Source: Candidatus Daviesbacteria bacterium GW2011_GWA1_41_61
GTDB taxonomy: Bacteria > Patescibacteriota > Microgenomatia > Daviesbacterales > UBA10151
Assembly (NCBI GenBank): GCA_000997385.1
Contig: LCBT01000003.1
Location: 64,892 to 128,891, forward strand
Direction of reading: 5' to 3'
DNA length: 64,000 bases
Below the pieces are notes generated by a model. It did not search any database, was not told the DNA's origin, and saw nothing but the letters and a program-made list of their open reading frames with translations. Position numbers and translations under genes: made by a program. Within the stretch, counting starts at the first letter, position 1. Every line of letters begins with the position of its first letter. Positions 1 to 10,321 of the stretch are shown one piece after another.

Positions 1-390
1 TTAGAGATGCCAGTGGATATTTTAATCCCAGCAGCTTTAGAAGGAGTAATCACTGAAGATAATGCTGATAAAATTCAAGCCAAGATAATTTTGGAGATGG
101 CCAACGGTCCAATAACTGCTGAGGCAGATGAGATCTTGGCTAAAAAAGGTGTTGTGGTAGTGCCGGATGTGCTAGCTAACTCCGGTGGGGTAACAGTTTC
201 TTACTTTGAATGGTATCAAAACATGCACTCTGAAAGTTGGACTAAAGAGAAGGTTAACACTAAATTAAAGGAAAAGATGGTTGGGGCTTTTGATGAAGTT
301 TGGAAGATTCATAAGGAGAAGGGTGTGGATTTAAGAACAGCAGCCTATGTTTTAGCTTTACAAAGATTAGTAGCTGCTAAGAAGATTTAA
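1..390 (+). CDS. gdhA: Glu/Leu/Phe/Val dehydrogenase, C-terminal part (runs off window start)
   Basis: DILIPAA, EMANGP and [17 protein letters not shown] motifs. Confidence 0.9.
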   Translation, partial: LEMPVDILIPAALEGVITEDNADKIQAKIILEMANGPITAEADEILAKKGVVVVPDVLANSGGVTVSYFEWYQNMHSESWTKEKVNTKLKEKMVGAFDEVWKIHKEKGVDLRTAAYVLALQRLVAAKKI

Positions 391-426
391 ATCTTTTTAT
401 TTGCTATACTTGCCCATAAAATAGTT

Positions 427-1014
427 ATGAGTGAGCTAATAGTCAGTTTGGGGGAAGATTTTTTCCCAATAGATCCTCGGTTTCATCGTCAGAAACCGGT
501 GGCTTACAGTAAAGGATTCCGCATTGATTCAATTGAAGCACGAGGAGGTATTACGTGGCTGTCTTATAGATTACTACCTACACAATCTCCACTTATAAGG
601 TGGGGTGAGATCGAAACTGCATTAGAACAACGGCTAGGAAATTATGTCTATCCCTTTGTTTCTTTCTATTTAAGGGGCGATATGGTTTTAAATTTAGTAG
701 AGGGTGCAAGCCACCAATTAAGAGTTAAGTGTTTATTAGAAGACAAATCAAGGGGAGTGATTTACTGTGGAACCCCAAACAACCGTAATTTTTATGATGG
801 AGAGCTTTGGGATATAAAAAGGGTTGGTAGGGATTATTTGTTTGGATGGTTAATCGAGTATTGGCGAGCTATAGAAGACAACCCTTATCAATTAGAAGAA
901 GCATGGAAAAGAATAATGGGGGAAGACTATGAGTGGAAAGGTGAGGGAGGTACTTTACTAGTGCCAAAAAAGCCAGGTATTTGGGCTTTTTCCCGAATGA
1001 GGTTTGTTATTTAG
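427..1014 (+). CDS. hypothetical protein
   Basis: 195-aa ORF preceded by TATACT; no recognisable motif. Confidence 0.6.
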   Translation: MSELIVSLGEDFFPIDPRFHRQKPVAYSKGFRIDSIEARGGITWLSYRLLPTQSPLIRWGEIETALEQRLGNYVYPFVSFYLRGDMVLNLVEGASHQLRVKCLLEDKSRGVIYCGTPNNRNFYDGELWDIKRVGRDYLFGWLIEYWRAIEDNPYQLEEAWKRIMGEDYEWKGEGGTLLVPKKPGIWAFSRMRFVI

Positions 1015-1061
1015 TGATTAATCTTAAAAAGGACACCCCTGTAAGGCCAGGCCTTTTATGG

Positions 1062-1331
1062 TTAAATATTGTTTGTTATTTTAAGATGGTACTCCCCCTT
1101 GGTAACTCCAAAAAACTCTAGACTTTTTTGATCACTGATTGTCTTTTGCTCATCTGACATCTGTTGCCAGTTTTTCCAGATTCTTTTTTGCTCTTTTATA
1201 GTTGGTTCTTTGTGGATTAACTCTATTCCTGTTTCCGCTCTCTATCTGTGTACAGGATCTTTTAATAGAGTGGTTGCCTGAGTGGGATGAAATCTTTTAA
1301 TTTTTTCTACAGTGAATGGGGATTTATACAT
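1062..1331 (-). pseudogene. small hypothetical protein with an in-frame TAG at codon 30
   Basis: Manual translation MYKSPFTVEKIK...DPVHR*RAETGIELIHKEPT...NNI*; TAG at 1242-1244 (probably TGG>TAG); start overlaps the RAYT stop. Confidence 0.55.
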
Positions 1332-2034
1332 AGTCAATAGTAATTGTTTCTATAGGTAATATTTCCTCAGCTTGTTCTACAAAAGCTTGGTAAGAAAGTT
1401 GATGATTGGTTTTAGAAAAATAGCTCAGTATATCTTCTGGATGAACCCACTCAGTTTTTTTCTGCCCTAAATATTCTGGCAAAGAGGATGGCTGAGAAAA
1501 ACAGGCACGCCAGACGACCTCTGGTGAGGCTGACTTTTTCTTTTGATTTTTTATTGGGTTTTGATGAATATATGAGGTAAGATAAAGCAGTTGTGGTTCT
1601 GAGTCAACCATGACCGCTTTATAAACGTCTTGGAATAAACGACCAACACGTTCGTATTTAGTGTTGAAAAATTTAGCATATCGCAAACAGAGAGAATTCA
1701 TAAATGTATCGATACTATTTGCCGAGTTCTGCTTGATCAGAAAATGAAAATGATTTGGCATTAAACAATAGGCATTTAGCATGATTTCACCATGAAAGTT
1801 ATTTAAACGTAATAGCCTTAAAATTTTATATTTCTCCTTGTAACTAGTATTTGGATCAGATAATTTCTTTCTTAGAGCCTCTTCATTTTTAGGTAATAAA
1901 TATTCTTTAAGATAAGAAAGAAAGACAGCATAGTCTTGATCGTCTTGAAAAATAGGACGTTTTTCAACACCTCGATTATAGAGGTGATAGTAGGTATTTT
2001 CAGAATATACTTTTATGGAATTTTTTGAGGCCAT
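1324..2034 (-). mobile_element. REP-associated tyrosine transposase (RAYT / Y1_Tnp, IS200-like HUH)
   Basis: YYHLYNRG, AYCLMPNHFHFL (HUH), GRLFQ and YIHQNP motifs. Confidence 0.9.
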
Positions 2035-2057
2035 AAATTTAGTTTGCAGTACTAGAT

Positions 2058-2639
2058 TTAGACTGTCAATAATCTAGCCTCATCAGACGACCTCTGGTGA
2101 GGCTGGTGAGGATAAGAATTAAAGATTTTGGTTTTGAGCCAGGATTTGAGGAGCCAGACTAGGGAAACTGAGATGAAGCCTAAGGCAATGCCTCCTACAA
2201 TATCCAAAGGGTAATGAACTCCGACAAAAATTCTGGCAAAGCCTACCGAAACCATAAGAATTAAAAACAACAAAGTCCATTTGGATCTGTAAAAGTAGTA
2301 ACTGAAAGCTACTGTGGCCATAGCGGTGGTATGTTCTGAAGGGAATGAGGCATCAGGCAGGTGTTTTATGAGCGGCTCTAAGTTGTAAGTGACAAAGGGG
2401 CGGGGTTCAACGTAGAAAAGGTGGAAGATTTTTATAATAATCTCAGCAAAAATTAAGCTCAGAATAATCACTAATAAAGCCTTTTTTTCTTTGACTCCTC
2501 CTTTGATAGCCAGGATGAAGATGGAAGCAATTACAAAGTAGATAAGATACTGAGCTGTAAAAACCATTAGATTGTCTAAAAAAGGGAACTTCTGGCCTAA
2601 GCTGAAAATTTGAAAAAAAAGTTCAGTATTAAAAGGCAT
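2058..2639 (-). CDS. PAP2 family phosphatase (undecaprenyl-diphosphatase, BcrC-like)
   Basis: RPF, SFPSEH and ARIFVGVHYPLD motifs; hydrophobic. Confidence 0.9.
   Translation of the reverse strand: MPFNTELFFQIFSLGQKFPFLDNLMVFTAQYLIYFVIASIFILAIKGGVKEKKALLVIILSLIFAEIIIKIFHLFYVEPRPFVTYNLEPLIKHLPDASFPSEHTTAMATVAFSYYFYRSKWTLLFLILMVSVGFARIFVGVHYPLDIVGGIALGFISVSLVWLLKSWLKTKIFNSYPHQPHQRSSDEARLLTV
2076..2105. repeat. REP-like hairpin next to RAYT; 22 bp repeated inside RAYT at 1511-1532
   Basis: AGCCTCATCAGA-CGACC-TCTGGTGAGGCT stem-loop; CAGACGACCTCTGGTGAGGCTG identical at 1511 and 2084. Confidence 0.8.
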
Positions 2640-2645
2640 GGCAGG

Positions 2646-3026
2646 TTAAACAAACATCGCTTTAAGGTAAGGCAGGAAGATGATCAGTCCGACAATAGCT
2701 GAAGCAATAATAACAATGACTACAGAACCAGCTGAGAAATCTTTAGCCAGTTTAGCCTTGGGGTGGACTTCTTCGGTAAAGGAGTCAACGATAGCTTCTA
2801 CAGCACTGTTTCCCAGTTCGGCGGATAATACTAGCCCGATGAGGATGATCACAATCATCCAATCAACTCGGGAGATTTGAAAATAGAATCCAGCTAAGAT
2901 GACCAAAAAAGCTTCTATTAAACCAATTTTCCAGTTGGTCTCTGTTTTGATGGCAGAGTACATTCCCTCAAAAGCAAATCTAAAAGAATGGAAAAGCTTT
3001 TTAGTAGGTTGAGTTACCGACTCCAT
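2646..3026 (-). CDS. dgkA: diacylglycerol/undecaprenol kinase
   Basis: SFRFAFEG, ELGNSAVE and AKDFSAG motifs; start at MESVTQ. Confidence 0.9.
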   Translation of the reverse strand: MESVTQPTKKLFHSFRFAFEGMYSAIKTETNWKIGLIEAFLVILAGFYFQISRVDWMIVIILIGLVLSAELGNSAVEAIVDSFTEEVHPKAKLAKDFSAGSVVIVIIASAIVGLIIFLPYLKAMFV

Positions 3027-3120
3027 AAGTTTAGTATAACACTTCTTTAATCTTTGCCAATACAATATGAGGATAGTAAATTTGGCGTAAGAATCTTGTA
3101 TAATTCTCCTAAGGGAAATT

Positions 3121-4071
3121 ATGGCTAATTTTTGGCAGAAACTAAAAAAACCGTTTTTTGCCTTGGCTCCAATGGATGATGTTACAGACACTGTCTTTAG
3201 ACAGATTATAGTAAGCTGTGGCAAACCTGACGTTTTCTTTACCGAGTTTGTCAGCGCTGATGGTTTAATCTCCTCCGGACAGCAGAAACTGCTGCAAAAA
3301 TTTCAGTTTAGCGAAGCAGAAAGACCGATCGTGGCTCAAATCTGGGGTACTAAGCCTGAGACGATGTACCAGGCTGCCATGATAATTAAAGATTTAGGTT
3401 TTGATGGGATTGATATTAACATGGGCTGCCCGGACAGATCAGTGGTCAAAAGTGGGGCTGGTGGGGCATTGATTGATAATCCCACTTTGGCCCAAGAAGT
3501 TATTTTGGCTACTCAAGAGGGGGCAGGAGGACTGCCTTTAAGTGTTAAAACCAGGATTGGATTTAAAACTGTCCAAACTGAACAATGGATCAGTTTCCTG
3601 TTAAAATTTGACCTGGCAGCTTTAACTGTTCATGGCCGGACTGTGGCTGAACTTTCTAAGGTTCCTGCTCACTGGGAGGAAATTGGCCGGGCAGCAGCAG
3701 TTAGGGATCAACTGGGTGTTAAAATTTTACTTATCGGTAATGGTGATGTTACCACTTTCCATGATGGATTAAAAAAAGCCAAGCAGTTTAAAATAGATGG
3801 GATCATGATTGGGCGGGGGATTTTTAAAAGTCCTTGGATTTTTAATCCTCAGGTAGACACTTCCCAAGTTACTCCTCAAAAGAGGCTGCAGCTTTTATTG
3901 GAACATGCCCGGCTTTTTGATGAGGTCTGGCAGGGTTCTAAAAACTTTGCCATCTTAAAAAAGTTTTTTAATTCTTATGTTAGGGGTTTTAAAGGAGCCA
4001 GTGATTTAAGAATAAAACTGATGGAAACTAAAACTTTAGCGGATGTTGAACAGTTGGTGGGCAACCAGTAA
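3121..4071 (+). CDS. dus: tRNA-dihydrouridine synthase
   Basis: LAPMDDVTD, DINMGCP, TVHGRT and GNGD motifs. Confidence 0.93.
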   Translation: MANFWQKLKKPFFALAPMDDVTDTVFRQIIVSCGKPDVFFTEFVSADGLISSGQQKLLQKFQFSEAERPIVAQIWGTKPETMYQAAMIIKDLGFDGIDINMGCPDRSVVKSGAGGALIDNPTLAQEVILATQEGAGGLPLSVKTRIGFKTVQTEQWISFLLKFDLAALTVHGRTVAELSKVPAHWEEIGRAAAVRDQLGVKILLIGNGDVTTFHDGLKKAKQFKIDGIMIGRGIFKSPWIFNPQVDTSQVTPQKRLQLLLEHARLFDEVWQGSKNFAILKKFFNSYVRGFKGASDLRIKLMETKTLADVEQLVGNQ

Positions 4072-4125
4072 TTTGGTATAGTTAAAATACACCTGCCCTC
4101 TTTGGATTTGGGAAGGTATCTTTCA

Positions 4126-6771
4126 ATGATTGGAAACACCTTTGGATTATCTCAAGATGAGGTTCGTTTAAGACTTAAGGAGCACGGGCCTAATGAAATC
4201 AAAGGTACTCGTAAGACTCACCCGCTGCAAATTTTTTTAAGACAAACTAAAAAGAACCTAATTCTCTATCTGTTGCTTTTTGCCTCTTTGATCTCTTTTG
4301 TTGTCGGAGAAACTGTAACTGCCGTGACTATTGTATTGGTGGCTGCTATGGTTGTGACTGTCTCTTTTATCCAAGAATATCGGGCAGAGAAGGCTATCCA
4401 GGCTTTAAAACAAATGGTGGTACCGATATCGACGGCAATAAGAGGGGGGAAAGAGACGGAAGTGCTATCTTCCCAGCTTGTTCCGGGGGATATAGTGACT
4501 CTCCGCAGCGGAGAGAAAATTCCCGCCGATTGTTTGTTGATCGAAGAGAATAATTTAAGAGTTGATGAATCGGTTTTAACCGGAGAATCGCGGGAAATTT
4601 CTAAAAAAGCTGCCCGCAGTGAGCATTCTTACGGTGAAGAAAATATGATTTTTATGGGTACTTTTGTAATTGCTGGCCGTTGCCGGGCAAAAATCGTCCA
4701 CACCGGGATGAATACCAGGTTTGGAGCTATCGCTAGTATGATCTCGGAAACTGAGAAAAGTTTGCCTCTTCAACAAAAGCTTAATAAGATCGCCCGTTTT
4801 ATGGTGATAGTGGCAGTAGTGGCCTCTTTCTCAACCGGCCTTTTAATGCTTACTAGGGCTGAAGTTTTAAGCTACCAATCTTTAACTAATATCTTAATTT
4901 TAACCCTGGCCCTGGCTGTTTCTGCTTTTCCAGAAGGTTTACCGGCAGTTTTGATCACTACCTTGGCGGTAGGAGCCCGGCGGATGGCTAAGAAAAACGC
5001 TATTGTCAACCGTATGTCCATCATTGAGACACTGGGTGAAACGACAGTTATTTGTACCGATAAAACCGGCACTTTAACCAGTGGCGAGATGACAGTTAAA
5101 AAGATCTATCTTAATGGAAAGATGGTGCAGGTTTCAGGAAGCGGTTATGAGGCTGCGGGGGAATTTTCTGTGGCTGAAAGAAGCTTTGATCCTAAAAAAA
5201 ATCCAGGGCTTACTTTGTTGTTGAAGACAGCGGTTATCTGTAATGACAGCCGGATTAAAAGGACCGGTGAGGACCACCAATATAAGATTAGCGGTACCCC
5301 GACTGAAGGAGCCTTAATGATTTTAGCCGCCAAAGCCCATCTTTTCCGGGAGGACTTATCTTATCTTAGAGTAGAAGAGATCCCTTTTACTTCCGACAGA
5401 AAGATGATGTCAGTGCTATCTAAAGAAAAAGAGGGTAACTTTATCTATGCTAAAGGAGCTCCGGAAATTTTACTGGCTAAATGCCATTGTCAGCAGATTA
5501 ACGGTAAATGTGTCACTTTAAATGAAGCCCAAAAAGAGGAGATCCTTAAAGAAAATGCCCAGTTAAACCATCAGTCTTACCGAACTTTGGCTTTAGCCTA
5601 CAAAAAAGTTGAGCGGCTGGATAAAGATTACAGCGAGGACGGATTGATCTGGGCGGGATTAGTGGGGATGGAAGATCCTCCCCGGGAAGAAGTGGCCCAA
5701 GCCTTACAACTTTGCCAAAGCGCTGGTATCAGTGTCAAAATGGTTACCGGTGATCATCAAGAAACTGCTTTAGCCATCGCTTCCCAGATAGGCTTATCGG
5801 GGAAGGCCGTTGAGGGAACTGATTTAGATCAACTAACGGATGAGGAGTTAGCTAAGGTAGTAAACCAAATAACTATTTTTAGCCGGGTCAGACCGGAGCA
5901 TAAGCTGAGAATCGTTAAAGCTTTACAAGCTATCGGTGAGATAGTTACCATGACTGGTGATGGAGTCAATGATGCCCCAGCTTTAAAAGAGGCTCATATC
6001 GGGGTAGCAATGGGGAAAAACGGTACTGATGTCTCCCGATCTGTGGCTGATCTTACTTTAAAGGATGATAACTTTGCTACTATTGTCGAGGCAATTAAAG
6101 AGGGCAGATCTATTTTTAACAATATCAGGAAATTTGTAAGCTATCAGCTGGCATGCAATTGGGCGGAAATTTTAATACTTTTTATAGGGGTCTTGCTCTC
6201 TCCATTTTTAGGATGGCAGGCCCCGCTTCTTTTGGCCCTGCAAATCCTTTTTATGAATTTGGTGACAGATGATCTTCCGGCTATTACTTTAGGATTAAAC
6301 CGTACTTCCAAGGATGTAATGCGTATCAAACCCCGCCGGAAGGCTGAAATATTTAACAGACCGCTTTTTTATATGACCATTGGGGTAGGGGTATTAATGG
6401 CTTTTTTGACTTTAACATCCTTTTATATCTCCTTTAATATTTTAGGGCAGGGCTTGGAAGTAGCTAGAACGACTGCTTTGGTTACCTTAATTTTGTTGGA
6501 GATAGCCGGAGCTTTCAGCTACCGCTCCTTCAGGCAAAAGGTTTTAACCAGATCTCCTTTTGCCAATATTTATCTAGTTTATGCTTCTGTCATCTCCGTC
6601 ATCGCTACTTTAGTGATTGTTTATTCCCCTTTAAGTCATGTCTTTGAGACAACTTCTTTGGACAGTTTCAGTTGGTTTATAGCTTCTCTGGCAGCAATTA
6701 TACTGGTGATTATTTTAGATTTAGTGAAGAATCTTGATATTAGCAGAAGTGTTACTCAGACCACCTCTTGA
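4126..6771 (+). CDS. cation-transporting P-type ATPase (Ca2+-type, PII)
   Basis: TGES, PEGL, DKTGTLT, KGAPE and MTGDGVNDAPAL motifs. Confidence 0.95.
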   Translation: MIGNTFGLSQDEVRLRLKEHGPNEIKGTRKTHPLQIFLRQTKKNLILYLLLFASLISFVVGETVTAVTIVLVAAMVVTVSFIQEYRAEKAIQALKQMVVPISTAIRGGKETEVLSSQLVPGDIVTLRSGEKIPADCLLIEENNLRVDESVLTGESREISKKAARSEHSYGEENMIFMGTFVIAGRCRAKIVHTGMNTRFGAIASMISETEKSLPLQQKLNKIARFMVIVAVVASFSTGLLMLTRAEVLSYQSLTNILILTLALAVSAFPEGLPAVLITTLAVGARRMAKKNAIVNRMSIIETLGETTVICTDKTGTLTSGEMTVKKIYLNGKMVQVSGSGYEAAGEFSVAERSFDPKKNPGLTLLLKTAVICNDSRIKRTGEDHQYKISGTPTEGALMILAAKAHLFREDLSYLRVEEIPFTSDRKMMSVLSKEKEGNFIYAKGAPEILLAKCHCQQINGKCVTLNEAQKEEILKENAQLNHQSYRTLALAYKKVERLDKDYSEDGLIWAGLVGMEDPPREEVAQALQLCQSAGISVKMVTGDHQETALAIASQIGLSGKAVEGTDLDQLTDEELAKVVNQITIFSRVRPEHKLRIVKALQAIGEIVTMTGDGVNDAPALKEAHIGVAMGKNGTDVSRSVADLTLKDDNFATIVEAIKEGRSIFNNIRKFVSYQLACNWAEILILFIGVLLSPFLGWQAPLLLALQILFMNLVTDDLPAITLGLNRTSKDVMRIKPRRKAEIFNRPLFYMTIGVGVLMAFLTLTSFYISFNILGQGLEVARTTALVTLILLEIAGAFSYRSFRQKVLTRSPFANIYLVYASVISVIATLVIVYSPLSHVFETTSLDSFSWFIASLAAIILVIILDLVKNLDISRSVTQTTS

Positions 6772-6886
6772 GGAGATTCTTTCTACTGATTCGGGAGAAA
6801 TTTAGTTTGGGAGACTAATTTGAGGGAGAAGTAAACCGTAACTCACAATATCTTTCTTGTGAAGTACGAAGCAGGTCATTATAATA

Positions 6887-7375
6887 GTGGGGCTGATGTT
6901 TCGTTCGTCTTATTGGGCTATCATACCGCTGCTTATCATCGGGGGGATGTTGCTGTGGGGAGTTTTTATCTATGAGGCGGGGGATAAAAAAGAAATCAAA
7001 GTTGAACTTATACCAGTTACAGCAACCCCGATTCCTTCTTTAAGCCCGGTTCCCCAAGAGGCCTCACCTACCCCCCAGCTGGTTTTAAGCCAATATAAAA
7101 TTAAAGTTTTAAATGGCAGCGGCAGGAAAGGTGAAGCAGCTAAAACGGGAGAGATTTTAGAAGCGGCAGGCTTTAGCGTCTCAGCTATTGGTAATAATGA
7201 CACGAGCAATTACAAAACTACCTTGATCCAAGTTACTAAAGAGGTTCCTGAGGAGTTTATTACAAAGCTGGAAGAAGTTTTAGGTAAAGAGCTTGTTTTA
7301 GCTGCCAAGGTAGAAGTGGTCAGCGAAGTTGATAACCCGGTTACTGTCATAGTCGGCCGGGGAAAAAGGAGGTGA
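6887..7375 (+). CDS. LytR C-terminal domain membrane protein
   Basis: N-terminal TM segment, Pro-rich linker, VLNGSGRKGEA, VIVG. Confidence 0.75.
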   Translation: MGLMFRSSYWAIIPLLIIGGMLLWGVFIYEAGDKKEIKVELIPVTATPIPSLSPVPQEASPTPQLVLSQYKIKVLNGSGRKGEAAKTGEILEAAGFSVSAIGNNDTSNYKTTLIQVTKEVPEEFITKLEEVLGKELVLAAKVEVVSEVDNPVTVIVGRGKRR

Positions 7376-7381
7376 GAAGTT

Positions 7382-7654
7382 ATGGATGATAAAAAAGATT
7401 CAGACCAAGGGATAGAGTTTAATTTGAATTTAGATACTACCCCTATTTTTTATACAGATTTTATTCAAATTGAAGCTAATGAAGATGGGGTGACATTAAA
7501 CATCTGTCAAAGAGTTGGTTCCCCCAAGAAACTGCGGATTGTTTCCAGGGTTGGGATGAGTAGGGAACATGCTAAAAAGTTTGTCAAAGCTTTAAAAGAT
7601 CTGTTAGAACTTTCTGGCGGTCAGATCCAAACAGGCAAAGCAGCCAGGGCTTAA
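7382..7654 (+). CDS. DUF3467-like small protein
   Basis: PIFYTD...RVGMSREHAKKF pattern; SD AGGAGGTGA. Confidence 0.6.
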   Translation: MDDKKDSDQGIEFNLNLDTTPIFYTDFIQIEANEDGVTLNICQRVGSPKKLRIVSRVGMSREHAKKFVKALKDLLELSGGQIQTGKAARA

Positions 7655-7743
7655 ATGTGCTTTCATACCAAAATTTTGCCTAATTTTCTTCTAAATTTCA
7701 TACTTTTTTATTAGCATATATGACTAGAAGGGGGTGAAGGATA

Positions 7744-7899
7744 ATGGAAGAGAAGATGTTTGAATGTGGTGATGATGACTTTATGGCCCGGGGTAGAAAT
7801 CTAGACGAGCTGATGGAGATTGCTAAGATGCATTCTGAGAAACAGCATGGTATGAAGATTTCTAATGAAGAGGCCAAAGCTAAAATTAAAGAGGTTTAA
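7744..7899 (+). CDS. small DUF1059-like metal-binding protein (51 aa; not in ORF track)
   Basis: MEEKMFECGDDDFMARGRNLDELMEIAKMHSEKQHGMKISNEEAKAKIKEV; SD GGGGGTGA. Confidence 0.65.
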   Translation: MEEKMFECGDDDFMARGRNLDELMEIAKMHSEKQHGMKISNEEAKAKIKEV

Positions 7900-8080
7900 C
7901 CTGAGTAGGCTGAGATACATCGGTAACACTTCTAAGATAGAAGAACTATTCTTAGGAGGTGATTTTTATCTGTAATTTATCTTTCATAGCTCTTACCGTG
8001 TTTTAACCCTTAATATAAATTTGACTGCTAGGATAAGTAAGTTTATTGTTAGTAAATCTAATATACGAGGAGGTGAGAAT

Positions 8081-8482
8081 ATGCCAAATGGATATGGACC
8101 AATGATGGGGGGAGGACCGATGATGGGAGGTTTTCCAGCGACCTATGGGGGAGGAGTTCCTTATTGGTGGGGGGCACCATATGGCTGGACAGATCTAGAC
8201 CTGTATGATTATAATAATAACTTCGTTTTAGATGATGACGAGATTACAGCCTTAGTTCGGGATAATATTGAGGCTGATCCGTTTATTCCTCCTTTTGACC
8301 AGAATAATATTAAGGTTGAGGTTAAAAACAGAGTGGTGACCCTTGCGGGAACTGTCAAAACTCCCCGTTCCAAACCCTTAGCTTATGCCGATGCTTTCTG
8401 GAGCAGTGGGGTAGCGGACGTGGTCAGTAATATCGAAGTTACCCCACTGGAACGCAAGGAAGGCCAGAGAGGGAAAAAGTAA
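8081..8482 (+). CDS. BON domain protein
   Basis: D-x-x-I...IKVEVKNRVVTLAGTV...GVADVVSNI; SD GGAGGTGA. Confidence 0.8.
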   Translation: MPNGYGPMMGGGPMMGGFPATYGGGVPYWWGAPYGWTDLDLYDYNNNFVLDDDEITALVRDNIEADPFIPPFDQNNIKVEVKNRVVTLAGTVKTPRSKPLAYADAFWSSGVADVVSNIEVTPLERKEGQRGKK

Positions 8483-8560
8483 GCAGGTGGATGGTAAAAG
8501 AAAAGAACAAGAGATGATTGGTGAAAAGGCAGCATCTTTTCAAAGAAGGGTGGTGAAATT

Positions 8561-9004
8561 ATGGCAAGTTTAATTCCCAGAGATTTTTTAAGTTTTCCAC
8601 GCCTTCGCCTTCCTTTACTTTGGGATGAGTTGAGAGAAGATCTTGAGGAGATGAGGGTAGGGATGATGGTAGTACCTCGGGGCATGTCAATTTATGAGGA
8701 TGATAAAAACGTCTTTGTTGAAGCCACAGTTGCAGGAGTTGATCCCAAAGATGTTGAAGTAACCTTTGATAAAGATAACAGGACTTTGTGGATTAGGGCT
8801 GAGGTCAAGAAGGAAGAAGGAGAGGAGAAAAGGAAATATTACCATAGGCAGGTGCGAACCTATTCCTATCAGGTCATGCTTCCCAGTAGTGTGGATACAA
8901 GTAAAGACCCGGATGTAAGTTACAGGAATGGGTTGCTGGTAGCAAAATTTGCTAAATCACCGGCAATGCAACCCAAGAAAATTCCTGTTAAAATAGCAGG
9001 ATAA
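8561..9004 (+). CDS. Hsp20/alpha-crystallin small heat shock protein
   Basis: GVDPKDVEV, YRNGLL and KKIPV motifs. Confidence 0.88.
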   Translation: MASLIPRDFLSFPRLRLPLLWDELREDLEEMRVGMMVVPRGMSIYEDDKNVFVEATVAGVDPKDVEVTFDKDNRTLWIRAEVKKEEGEEKRKYYHRQVRTYSYQVMLPSSVDTSKDPDVSYRNGLLVAKFAKSPAMQPKKIPVKIAG

Positions 9005-9006
9005 AA

Positions 9007-9654
9007 ATGTTTTTTGAAAACCGTCAGGAAGCAGGGAAAAAGCTGGCCGGTGAACTTTTTAAATACCGCAGCGAAAATCCTTATGTTTTAGCCATGCCCC
9101 GGGGTGGAGTGCCCATAGGCTTTGAGGTAGCTGAGGTTTTACATGCCCCACTGTCAGTGATCGTGGTTCGTAAGATTGGCTTATCGGGTAACCGGGAATT
9201 TGGTATTGGGGCAATTGCTGAAGGTGGTGTAAAAGTATTGGATCAGACTACTATCGAAGTTTTAGCTATAGATGAGGAAGAGATAAAGGATACACTTCAG
9301 TTGGAAGAAGAGGAGTTAAAAAGAAGAGTTAAAACTTATCGGGGTAAGAAGCCTTTGCCAGATCTGACAGGCAGAACCGCTGTTTTAGTTGATGATGGTA
9401 TGGCCACAGGGATTACCGCTAAAGCAGCTATTGAATCGGTAAAAAAACTTAATCCCCAGAAAATTGTTTTAGCTATACCTGTTTGTGCTTTGGACACTGT
9501 TGAAGGTTTTAAAAAAATGGCTGATGAGGTTATTTGTTTGGCTGCCCCTGCCGAATTTATGGCAGTTGGGCTTTGGTATAAAAATTTTGCTCAAATTTCT
9601 GATGAAGAGGTGGTGGATTTACTGAAGAAGGCTGAAAATTTTAAGCGGGTATAA
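9007..9654 (+). CDS. phosphoribosyltransferase family protein
   Basis: PRGGVP and VLVDDGMATG PRPP-binding motif. Confidence 0.88.
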   Translation: MFFENRQEAGKKLAGELFKYRSENPYVLAMPRGGVPIGFEVAEVLHAPLSVIVVRKIGLSGNREFGIGAIAEGGVKVLDQTTIEVLAIDEEEIKDTLQLEEEELKRRVKTYRGKKPLPDLTGRTAVLVDDGMATGITAKAAIESVKKLNPQKIVLAIPVCALDTVEGFKKMADEVICLAAPAEFMAVGLWYKNFAQISDEEVVDLLKKAENFKRV

Positions 9655-9661
9655 CTAAAGT

Positions 9662-10321
9662 ATGGGGGAGCAAGATTTAAAACAGGAAATACAGATTAAT
9701 GCTGACGGGATAATAATAAATGGATCTTTGACTCTACCCCAGAAAGCCCGGGGGATAGTTGTCTTTGCTCATGGTAGCGGCAGCAGCAGGTTTAGTCCCA
9801 GAAATAAATTTGTGGCCTCTAAGCTTAATAAGACAGACATTGCCACCTTACTGATAGATTTATTAACAGAAGAGGAAGAAAGAGTTGATGAGGAAACCCG
9901 AGAATATCGTTTTAATATTGATCTTTTAGCCAGCCGTCTGGTTTATGCTACGCATTTTGTCAATCAATCCGTAAGCCCCAAGGGGTTAAAAGTGGGATAC
10001 TTTGGGGCCAGTACCGGGGCGGCAGCTGCCTTGGTAGCAGCAGCTCAACTTCCTGAAGGGACTTCGGCCATAGTCTCAAGAGGTGGCAGGCCTGATTTGG
10101 CCGGAGAAGCATTAGGCAGAGTAAAAGCTCCAGTTCTTTTACTGGTAGGCGGAGAAGATTATCAGGTGATTGATTTAAATAAACAAACTTTAAAAAAGTT
10201 AACTCAAGTTAAAAACAAAGAGTTGGTTATTATTCCAGGAGCAACTCATCTTTTTGAAGAACCGGGCAAGCTTGAAGATGTAGCAAGTTATGCTGCCTCC
10301 TGGTTTAAAAAGTATTTATGA
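9662..10321 (+). CDS. dienelactone hydrolase-like alpha/beta hydrolase
   Basis: HGSGSSRFSPRN, GASTG nucleophile elbow, GATHLFEE. Confidence 0.88.
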   Translation: MGEQDLKQEIQINADGIIINGSLTLPQKARGIVVFAHGSGSSRFSPRNKFVASKLNKTDIATLLIDLLTEEEERVDEETREYRFNIDLLASRLVYATHFVNQSVSPKGLKVGYFGASTGAAAALVAAAQLPEGTSAIVSRGGRPDLAGEALGRVKAPVLLLVGGEDYQVIDLNKQTLKKLTQVKNKELVIIPGATHLFEEPGKLEDVASYAASWFKKYL

